Source of the DNA: Octopus bimaculoides | Lineage: Eukaryota | Direction of reading: 5' to 3' | Assembly: GCF_001194135.2 (NCBI RefSeq) | Contig: NC_068988.1 | Location: 5,603,999-5,639,890, forward strand | DNA length: 35,892 nucleotides | Part shown: positions 25,731 through 35,892 of the stretch, one piece after another | Layout: each line of letters begins with the position of its first letter | How positions within the stretch are numbered: position 1 is the stretch's first letter | Program-made: the position numbers and the translations under genes | Notes under the pieces: model-generated | Told to the model about the DNA's origin: nothing | The model's input: the letters and a program-made list of their open reading frames with translations, nothing else | The model's database searches: none

Positions 25731-26269
25731 TACAAGGTAAACTTACGTCGTAACACATGTCGGATGCAGTGCCACACCAATATAATCTACCGCAAATATT
25801 GCATAATATTTCACATGAAACCAAATCCCGGCAATGGTGTTAGAAGTGTAGCGGCACCGAGACAATGCTAACTAATTACAAAGTCATTCTAATTCCATTC
25901 TTCATTATGATAATTGCTATAAATCCACATATACATACAGATATATTTATAAATTTCGAAGTGCTATGCGGGAATATATTCTTAAGAAATTACTTTACGA
26001 AAATATTATTGAAAAACGAAGTGTTATTTGAAGTTGAGAGTAAACTAATGCAACGAAGACAGCTTAGTTGTAGAATAGTACTAATAATAATCAGATGCGG
26101 ATCTTTGAAAACTCCTAATTATGTGTTTAGAAATTAGTCCATATGCCATAGACAAACTGCAATATCATTTCTCTTATTCCAGTGCTGGTGTCTGCTGACA
26201 ACTCTGCTAATGCTTCTCACGTGTTTTACCTTATTTAAAATTTGATCTCTATCTCTCACCTCCCCTCTT

Positions 26270-26302
<33 letters not shown>

Positions 26303-26573
26303 TCAGCTTTACGCTTTCTAAATTACTTTCATAATTTCATAACAAACACTTTCAGAATGTCCGATTGCTCAAATAGCCAATTTTCTGAGTCCTTAATATA
26401 AATAATCATGTTGTAAAGCTCATAACACAGAAAAACAGGTATGGCGGTAAGGTTAAACTAGTCGCTTTTGAATTACGTACTTTCGAATTCAAACACTCTG
26501 TCCTGTGAGTGTGTTTGGTAGCTTGAAACTATATAGAACCCCTCCGTATATACATACATACATACATACATAC

Positions 26574-26613
<40 letters not shown>

Positions 26614-26614
<1 letters not shown>

Positions 26615-27040
26615 CGCAGGAGTGGCTGTGTGGTAAGTAGCTTGCTTACCAACCACATGGTTCCGGGTGCAGTCCCACTGCGTGACACTTTGAGCAAGTG
26701 ACTTCTACTATAGCCTCGGGTCGACCAAAACCTTTTGAGTGGTTTTGGTAGAGGGAAACTGAAAGAAGCCTGTATATGTTTGTGTGTGTGCGTACTTGCG
26801 TGCGTATGTGTATGTTTGTATGTATGTATGTATGTATGTATGTACGTATGTATGTCATTGACTGTCTACCGTTGAACACACGGTATTGGCTTACTACGTA
26901 CTCATAAATTTTTGCGGTTAGTCAAAGGCCCAGCAATAAGATCAGTACCCGGCTTGGAAAATTAGTATTACAATTGAGTTGTTCGTTTAAAACCTTCGTG
27001 GTGTCTCTCCTGAAAGGCAACAGTTCCGTAACAAATAAAA
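26614..27040 (+). mobile_element. tRNA-derived SINE (head, microsatellite, decayed tail)
   Basis: gcgcaggagtggctgtgtggtaagtagcttgcttaccaaccacatggttccgggtgcagtccc...gggaaactgaaagaagcc. Confidence 0.85.
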
Positions 27041-27228
27041 GATATGATGTATAAAAGTTATTACTACAAAAGCGTCATGTTCTATATATAAATGTTTAAA
27101 ATAAACGTGAATAACCTAACTTGTATAAAAGCATTATACAAATAGTGTCACATTTATATAAATGCAATATATAGACAATTATTAGTCATACAGATCGTTA
27201 ATACACGGTTATATATTATATATTGCAG

Positions 27229-27282
27229 CTCATTGGAAGTATCATCACCTATTCCATAGTGGCGTATCAGACAAGGAGTTAG
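27229..27282 (+). CDS. Shared terminal exon (54 nt with stop): LIGSIITYSIVAYQTRS* (TM7b)
   Basis: Acceptor atattgc-AG|CTC. Carries the TYxxxxxQ signature of the GR/GRL family; same length as the minus-strand paralog 34828-34881. Possible ATTAAA poly(A) signal ~27333. Confidence 0.92.
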   Translation, partial: LIGSIITYSIVAYQTRS

Positions 27283-27748
27283 AAGTGGCAGACGTTATAC
27301 GAGAGAGTCTAATTTCTCAAATTGAAAAGAAGAATTAAATGGATTTGTAAATTGATTATGTGTATGCATGCAAGTATTCACATATTATGTATGTTACTGT
27401 ACCTGTATGTATTCACGTGAGTGTGTATATAAGTATTTATGTAGATGTGCCTCTCTCTCTCTCTCTATATATATATTGTGTGTGTGTGTGTGAGAGAGAG
27501 AGCGAGAGATAGACAGAGAAGAGACATAAATCAAGAATTTTGGCAAATTAAAATACATACACATATCTCTCTCCCCCCTCTCTCTCCATATAGATGGATT
27601 CTCTGTCCTATAATGTAGCACAGATAACGAGAGCCAAACATGGTTAAAAATTGATAGAACACAAAATAAGCATGGATTATAAGAAGTAACCAAAATTTCT
27701 TGACAGATATTTTGACACATTCTGTTCATTTCAGCTACATGTGTGTGA

Positions 27749-27792
<44 letters not shown>

Positions 27793-27832
27793 GGGGTCAT
27801 TTTTCAATATGTGCTTAAACCTTTTAGAAGTC

Positions 27833-27875
<43 letters not shown>

Positions 27876-27886
27876 TGTATATATGT

Positions 27887-27931
<45 letters not shown>

Positions 27932-30851
27932 NNNNNNNNNNNNNNNNNNNNNNNNNNNNNNNNNNNNNNNNNNNNNNNNNNNNNNNNNNNNNNNNNNNNN
28001 NNNNNNNNNNNNNNNNNNNNNNNNNNNNNNNNNNNNNNNNNNNNNNNNNNNNNNNNNNNNNNNNNNNNNNNNNNNNNNNNNNNNNNNNNNNNNNNNNNNN
28101 NNNNNNNNNNNNNNNNNNNNNNNNNNNNNNNNNNNNNNATATAGTTAAATGTTAATTTCTGAAAATAATATAAAAGTAATATATAAACAACAGAACCGAA
28201 TCAGCAGCCTAGTGTAATCAGAAGGATCAACAATTTAGTCTTCCTAGTCATATATTCCGGTTTCAATCTCGGGCCTGATTTTGCACCTTTCCATATAATT
28301 AAGGGTTCTGATGATATTTAAAAAAATAAAATTGTGTTGATGATTTGGTTGGTTATAATCAGTATAATAATGACTGAATATTGAATAAATATTTCATTAT
28401 CTGTATGAATGAAGGTCATAAATATATTTTTATTGTAACATTTTTGGGAATAATTCCCCGTTGCCTTCATTAAGATCAAGTGATTGTGCATTCATAATTT
28501 TGTTGTCTGTCCAAAGATGGAATTCATACACGGAACTGTTCAATTTTCTAGAAAAATAGCAACAGCAAGATATTGCAATCAAACCTCCGGTTTTTAATAA
28601 ATACTAACTACAAGAAACTAACACGCAAATATGGAAAATTTGCAACAAAAACCGTTAAAATTTGGATATTGTCTTCTCTTTAATGAAACATATATACATT
28701 CGTTTTTTGTCGGTATCTGAATATGTGTGTTTGTATGTGAAGTGGGAGCGGGTAAGCGTGTAAATATTTACGGAAGTAAATATCTACAGACAGCCTAGAG
28801 GGGAGATCCTAAAGCAGATAGGTACTGTTATATTTAATCACTATCTGCTATCCCTCACGGTACCATGAATGCTACGAACGAATGGGATTGCCTTTCCATC
28901 GTGAAATATCCTTGAAAGGTGGTAAATGTACTCGTGGCGAGGCACATATTTCCTGAAACAGTCAAATCACTGAAAAGCTGGCTTATTTAATTTGTCTGCA
29001 ATACTGTCGACTAACGAGGAAAATGGCTATCCATATGAGTGTTGGTTTATGAAATGAATCACTAGCTATTGTAAACATTCAGGTATTACGAATTTATGAA
29101 ATATTAACTGTAATCTAATTACAAGTACTGCAACGTAATATTTTGCTGCATTATAATATTATATCTTTATAAATGATGTTGCATAAATAAACACTTATCC
29201 AACCAGTCTGCATTTGTTTTTGTATTATTTTCATTTGATTCGATTTCATTTGTTTTTTTCATTATGTTTTGTTTTTAGAAACGGTTAATGACTGTGAAGT
29301 GTCAAAAGTACAAAATTTCACAAATTTTAAGATTGTTGTAACGCGTAAGAAAAAGAATGTTTTGTTTATTTTATGTATTCTCTTCCTTGGTCTATGATTT
29401 GAATGAAGATGTTTAATCGTGCAAGGTTGGTATAGAAAAGATTATCTCACAGTCACTCACCATCAGGGCACAGCACAAGCTAAAATTTCAAATACGAATC
29501 TATTTCCCCCTTCCAATTGTATATATATAAAAAAATAATCGGGAATTTTGAGTAAATACTTTGTGGTAATAAATATGAAATCGATGATTGAAGTTAAGCT
29601 ACGCAAAACAAATAAGAGTCAAAAGAAACATAGTTATGAAATAACTATCGGGATTTTAAAAGATGGAAACTCCTCAGCAGGGAGTGAAATATGTTCGCCT
29701 AAAATATTCAGATAGGATTGTGTGTGCGTGTGCATAAATACACATATATATATACAGGGTTGACTGAAAGTCAACCGACAGTAAATCAAAAATGCGATAA
29801 ATTCTATCTGTTATTCTGCATTAACTCGAATGGCAAAATGTATCACTCGAGAAGGACTTCAGTTTGAACTGTTTTCATGATGTTTCATATTTAGATTCTT
29901 TTATTAAATTCATTCAGTTGTTGAACATAAATAAATTTCTGAATTAAACGGTTTTGATTTGCTGTCAGGTGACTTTTGACCAACCCTGTACATATCTATA
30001 TGCAAGGGAGAAAATATTGAAGTATTATGCCATCTGTGATTCGGAAAAAGTAATGACCATTCGTAAAAACATGACGAATGTAAAGTGTAGTTCTTATGAC
30101 TGAGTTGTGATGGAATAGCTTGGAGGGTATCGAAAAGAGGGAGAGGATTAATCATGTAGCATGATAATGGTACATGATAAATTCTTTCATAAATACCCCA
30201 AAATTAGAATATGAGTGTGCTTATAGTAAATGATGGAAGACTATAATTGTTACTATGCAACTAGGATATTTTAAACATCTACATTGCTAGAAATAAGAGT
30301 GAGCTAAAATGCTCTAATGTTGTAGTCAAAGTACATAATTATTTACGTATATATAGACGAGGATTTAATCGTCTGATAACGCCTTTCGAGAATTTCGTAT
30401 AAGAAATGTAAGTGTTCATAATACTTTTGTCGCATGTGTGTAATATATTTCTCTCATTGTATCCAATGAAGCAAATGCAACAAGATCAGTCGCTTGTTAG
30501 TTGCAGGGAAACTATCAATGCTGTCCAATAAAAACTAATTAGTTATTTGAGTATCAGTAAATAAAGATTAATCATGCCTTTAAACAAATGAGGTTTGCCA
30601 CATGATAACGATGACGACAGTAAAAGGCAACGCCTAGTTTCGTTCACTGCTGAAACAAACAACACTTATTTCATTTCTATACATCATTTCTTTAGTGGAT
30701 TCTACTGGATAACCTTGTAGAACTGAATCAGTCATTCACTACCAGCTGCGTTCATTGTAACACAAAAAAGGCATAATTAAAACCAACTAAAATCAGCAAG
30801 TGGCAATGCACAATACATAAATACATGTATGTTTGTATGTATGTATATATT

Positions 30852-30933
30852 TTTCATCAATTTTCATACACTTTAAAGGAAATTTCATATACTAAAGGAA
30901 TTTTCATACGCATTAAAGAAAGTTTCATGTACT
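30852..30933. repeat. Imperfect ~20-nt tandem repeat upstream of exon G
   Basis: tttcatacactttaaaggaaa / tttcatatactaaaggaat / tttcatacgcattaaagaaag / tttcatgtact. Confidence 0.7.
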
Positions 30934-30998
30934 GACGTGATTTAAAATTTGTTCGGATCTTTAAACAATATTGTGATACGTTGTAATTATTTTTTAAA

Positions 30999-31997
30999 AT
31001 GACGTCTTCGACTTCAGATGGAAACAAAGGATTTACAAAAGAATGTAGCCTTTATGATTTTATTCATTCCTTAAAACCACCAGATTACTTCCCTCTACGC
31101 CGCATGAAAATGACACGAAATATTTGGAATTCCCTTGGATTATTCGATCGCATTTCCTATTTATCTTATTGCTTACTCTATGCTATGATATTGGCTGATG
31201 CTCTGCGTTATTTTCTGTTCATTTGGTCAATATTTAAAGAAACAGAAGTGGGATTATTAATGGTATCAACCTTTATTTTATTATCAAAATTGTCTCGTAT
31301 AATATGCTTACTTTATTTCCTGATGCAAAAGTATGACCAGTTTGAGAAATCAACTTGCTTTACTGAGTATAGAATACCATCAGATCGACGGAAACATTTC
31401 GCTAACATATGGTATAAACGAAAGCGTATTGTTTTCTTTGCTATTTTAATGGATTACATTACACAATTTGTTTACGTCGTAATTTTTCCAGTTTGCTTTA
31501 GATATATACGTTTCCTAGAGATCTACTCGTTCCCAGCGTCAGACTCTGGCAACTTTTTTCTACCAATTATAATAACATCTCATATGCTAAAGTTAGCTAT
31601 TAGTTTAATGCTTGATAACGATAACTTAGTCTCCGCTTTCCTTATAATATTCGTGAAAGAAGAGTTCGATAAACTTACCGAAGACTTTCGACAAAATATG
31701 CTCGATATAAATCATGGAGAATCCATAGATAAGTGCAAAGTTAAAAGTCATCTGATAGCCGAAGCTTCGAAAAAACATAGAACACTTTGTAAATTGCTGG
31801 ACTTATGCAATGATAAATTCCAAATCGTGTTAGCAGTAGTTATATTCTTTGTCCCAAGCGGCATTTTTTGTGTGATATATGGAACTCTGAATGATATATT
31901 AATTATCGAAGAGATCATTTTTATGGTATGTTTCTTAATTGGAAGCGCCTATGCGATGCTTATGTATTTTGGGGAAGGCATAACACTGTATAGTAAG
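30999..31997 (+). CDS. Divergent GRL/7TMIC first exon G (333 codons, N-term to TM6); C-terminal exons not found on + strand
   Basis: Open frame with FP...IWNSLGLFDR, DALR, YSFP, EEFDKL, HRTLCKLLDLCN and YFGEGITLYSK. Phase-0 donor AAG|GTAAGT (GT at 31998). The ORF-track extension to 32195 is read-through into a (TG)n microsatellite. Confidence 0.85.
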
Positions 31998-32069
31998 GTA
32001 AGTATACGTATGTGTATTGATTACTTTGTGAAATTCACCAGAATCACATTCAACTATTACCTATATATA

Positions 32070-32164
<95 letters not shown>

Positions 32165-33658
32165 TTGTGTGTATATAGAGAGAATGAGAGGATAGATAGA
32201 TTGATTGATTGATTGATTGAATCATTCATTTATTCATTCATTCATCACTATAACGGTTGCTCTATTTACGTTGGCTGCTCGCGTGTGGGCAGCAAGAGTG
32301 ATGCTTTCGCGTTCGTTCCACAAGGAAAAACAAAAAACATTGTGTACAAGGAGGTTTTATACGATTATTTCGCTTCGTAGTTTTATAACTTTTTCAATTC
32401 TTTTTTAATTTTTGCCTTTTTGTCAGTACTTTCTAAGTAGGTGTAGGTTAATATTCATTGCAGTGCATTTGACACTCTCAAACATCAGCTGTAAAAAGGC
32501 TGATTCTCGCGGCGTTACAAAGCTTCATTACAAATCAGACCCTGCTCAAAAATCAGCTCTTGTTCCTCACCAACCCCCATTCGCCAGGCATCGGAGGACC
32601 ATGGAAACGTTACTATTTCACTTCCGTACGACTCTCAAACAGTCAACAATGCTTTTATGACAACATTTACATTCTTAGGCGGTTCCCTGCAATTACTTCA
32701 CACTTCGCCTACACCTGGCCTCCGCTCAGCTCTATTTCCCTCCCTTCGTCAGCACAGCAGCTTCATCTTCTACATCCAACGGACATGAAACATCTCCCCC
32801 CCCCCTTCCATCTCCTCTCTCAACATTACAGTTTACATCAGCGGCAACACGATCCCAATATACAATTTGAAAACCAAGCAACATATTTTATACAACAACA
32901 AATAACGACGACCAATGAAACAAATGGATAAAAATAATTACAAAAGTAACTATCTCTTACACGCCATTACAATTTACATCAAATAACAACACTTAAAAAG
33001 TCGATACAACTAAATACATACATCCTCTCTCTCACCATTATATTTTACACCATTACATTTTACATCAAATACAAAATATTCAAAAGCAACAGGTCATTTT
33101 ACACAACATCTCCATGACAGAGGTGTTCTGATTCATCTATTCATCACCACTACAGTCTTGCCAGTCTGACATGTTGAGTAGATGCTATTGTTGTACATTT
33201 TCAAACTTACCCGTATTTACTTACCCATGAAAAAATCCCCCTCTTTCCTCCATAGGGCCTCTATTCTGTTTTCGCAGAGCATGAAGTTGTGTAACAGNNN
33301 NNNNNNNNNNNNNNNNNNNNNNNNNNNNNNNNNNNNNNNNNNNNNNNNNNNNNNNNNNNNNNNNNNNNNNNNNNNNNNNNNNNNNNNNNNNNNNNNNNNN
33401 NNNNNNNNNNNNNNNNNNNNNNNNNNNNNNNNNNNNNNNNNNNNNNNNNNNNNNNNNNNNNNNNNNNNNNNNNNNNNNNNNNNNNNNNNNNNNNNNNNNN
33501 NNNNNNNNNNNNNNNNNNNNNNNNNNNNNNNNNNNNNNNNNNNNNNNNNNNNNNNNNNNNNNNNNNNNNNNNNNNNNNNNNNNNNNNNNNNNNNNNNNNN
33601 NNNNNNNNNNNNNNNNNNNNNNNNNNNNNNNNNNNNNNNNNNNNNNNNNNNNNNNNNN

Positions 33659-33699
<41 letters not shown>

Positions 33700-34827
33700 C
33701 ACATGCTGAGCTTTCACAGATTTACCCGAGAAGCCACACTAACTGAACTAGAAACCACACATTTACGAAGCGAACTTCTTAGCAACTATGTAACTTTTCT
33801 CCAAAACACGCAATACAAATTTATGCACAACCAAATGCTGAGATAAAAATGAATACCGAACCGAAAGTTTAGTATGTTTCATCGATTTGCAGGCTCCTCT
33901 TCAATAGTTCACAATTATATTCTTTCTCTATTTATTTTACTTCATCTGCTGCAAGAGAAAATACAGCAGACTTTCACAAAGGATCATGTAAATTTTTGCC
34001 GACCACAGGAACACTATCAAACCGACTCTGTTTTACTATGTTTCCATTTTACGTCCTTATGTTTCACCCCTCTTCTTTAATTCCATCGTCCCACTTATAT
34101 TCATCTGTTTGGCAGATATCTGTTCGCATCGAACCAAATAAAGTTTCCGTACTGATTATTATAACGAAGTGTTTATGCTCTTGTAATATTCATCGATCCG
34201 GCCGTAGTGGAAAAGCTTTCTCTGATCAAACACACATGAAATTGTTCGAAATATCACTGTGTCATGTGTCGCATTTATTATGGATATCTTTTCTTCCTTT
34301 TAGATATCATTCTCCATTGTGATGCACAGGCATATTTTTCAGTAAAAGAAAATTTAAACGCAACTGGTTTCATAATGATATTTAATGTTTAGAAAATATA
34401 TCACAATAATGAAAAATCTAACATTGAACACTTTCAGTAATGTATTATGCTATTTATTTATGGAAATGTGAGTTACAAACAAAGTGTGCAGATGAGAGAA
34501 TAAGAAAAATAGAAAAGAGAGAAAAACATTTTGACAAAATATTAGTTATGGTAAGATATCAGTTAAAAGATAGCAGACAGTTGTAAGTTAGTAAGGCGAA
34601 AATCAACGAGCAAATGATAGGAAAGAGAATAGAATCATCGCGGGTTTTAAATGGTAGGGTGACCCGGTACGCACTGCAATGTCACGTCCATCTTTACGCT
34701 CAAAGAAAAATTTGATCTTGTGTAGTTTGTACAGCAGAGTCTTGGTCTGAATGCATTTAATGGTAATGCAATGCAGTTAAATCCGATATCATATTGAATT
34801 TACTATAATAAAGAAGGGAGACCATTA

Positions 34828-34881
34828 TTACTCTTTTGTTTGAATCACCACCAGTATGTAAGTAATAAAACTTCCCATCAT
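34828..34881 (-). CDS. Terminal exon of a second GRL tail: MMGSFITYILVVIQTKE*
   Basis: Strong polypyrimidine acceptor on - strand (ccttcctttctctcttttctccttttc-AG|ATG), TYxxxxxQ motif, TAA stop; 54 nt like 27229-27282. Confidence 0.92.
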   Translation of the reverse strand: MMGSFITYILVVIQTKE

Positions 34882-35021
34882 CTGAAAAGGAGAAAAGAGA
34901 GAAAGGAAGGAATTGTTATTTTCAGAGAATTAATATATATATATATATATATCGTCAAATTTAATAAATTTTATACATATTAATATATATATATCGTCAA
35001 GTTTTATACATTTTATAAATT

Positions 35022-35070
<49 letters not shown>

Positions 35071-35197
35071 TTAAATTTTATAAACTCGTCAACTTAGCAT
35101 ATAAGACCCGAGGTGATATTATGAAATATTATCATGAATAAAAGAGCGCTTTTTTATAGAATTAAACGCAGCAATTATTAATCGCCGTGACATTTAC

Positions 35198-35287
35198 CGT
35201 AAGCGTTGACGAGGGAGTTATTACAAAGCAGCCACCAACATCAATTCCATAAGATTTAGTCGTTAGACGATTTAGGAAAACTAATAC
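35198..35287 (-). CDS. 90-nt phase 0-0 GRL exon: VLVFLNRLTTKSYGIDVGGCFVITPSSTLT
   Basis: Acceptor tctctttttctgtattac-AG|GTA and donor ACG|GTAAAT. Paralogous to 23834-23923. Confidence 0.93.
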
Positions 35288-35402
35288 CTGTAATACAGAA
35301 AAAGAGAGATAACACAAGTGGAGATTGTGCAGCAAGAGACGTTTAATAACTTTCTCATACATCAGATTGAGATATCAGTGGAGACATTGTTGCTGGTATT
35401 AC

Positions 35403-35468
35403 CTGGGGAAACTGTTCCCGATTTGCTTGTCCTCTTATAAATATTTCTACAAAACGGAAAACTTTGAA
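35403..35468 (-). CDS. Candidate 66-nt phase 0-0 exon: FKVFRFVEIFIRGQANREQFPQ
   Basis: Acceptor ttattctttgtgcat-AG and donor CAG|GTAATA. Size and phase fit the exon equivalent to 20836-20904, but sequence similarity is weak. Confidence 0.4.
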
Positions 35469-35892
35469 CTATGCACAAAGAATAATTTCAAGAAAGAATT
35501 ACATCTTGGTGGAATAGACTTCAGCCATGATTAGACGCATAGATAAGAATTGCATAGAAAATTGTAGAGGACGACATTTGCAGCAAGCAAATTCTGCGTA
35601 CTTCTGCAGAATAACCCACTAAAACTGCATATATACATACATAAATGCACACATACATACAGAAATACATACATACATACATACATACATACATACATAC
35701 ATACATACATACATGCATACATACATACATACACATATATATATGTATAGAGTGTTAGGTGTGATAACAGAATTGAATATTGAGAAAAAAAGTCGTCAGA
35801 ATTTTAGAAAAAATCTTTTTATTTCTTTATTATTATTAGCACTTTCATTCCTCTCTAGAACTTGTCAAATACAATTTGGTGAATGTACAAAC

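Noticed and set aside
12833-26772. Oppositely oriented SINE copies pairing to direct exon choice
   Set aside because: The copies are short and diverged, and pairing would loop out a constant exon; no evidence beyond orientation.
32412-32931. ORFs 32412-32660 and 32560-32931 as G's missing tail or a separate gene
   Set aside because: No FLxRL, GGxF or TYxxxxxQ motifs; looks like repeat-derived intronic sequence.
33205-33297. Two minus-strand GTAAGT donors after LHNFMLCENRIEALWRKEGDFFM, and a + strand acceptor (ttttcgcag|agc) before the gap
   Set aside because: No recognisable homology and the context is lost in the gap; cannot be assigned to G or to another gene.

Overview
AT-rich eukaryotic genomic DNA from a gapped draft assembly (10 N-gaps, abundant microsatellites and tRNA-derived SINEs). 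The repeat landscape looks like an octopus/cephalopod genome; this is inference from SINE recognition, not a database result. The window holds a cluster of the gustatory-receptor-like / insect OR-GR (7TM ion channel) superfamily. On the + strand, six paralogous long first exons or remnants encode the N-terminus to TM6 when intact: A 1511, B 3373 and E 16056 are pseudogenised, while C 5726, D 8597 and F 19318 are intact and end in an equivalent phase-0 GT donor. Only one + strand set of three short phase-0 C-terminal exons follows them (20836-20904, 23834-23923, 27229-27282; AHQLADHIY.../LSFFLHRL...GGCFVI.../LIGSIITYSIVAYQTRS*), which the ORF track does not show. This points to a variable-first-exon / constant-tail locus giving 427-431 aa receptors with different ligand-binding halves but an identical TM7 pore region. 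A seventh, divergent first exon (G, 30999-31997) has no visible + strand tail. A second tail set lies on the - strand at 34828-35468. Two small contigs around 22.7-24.1 kb appear swapped in the assembly.
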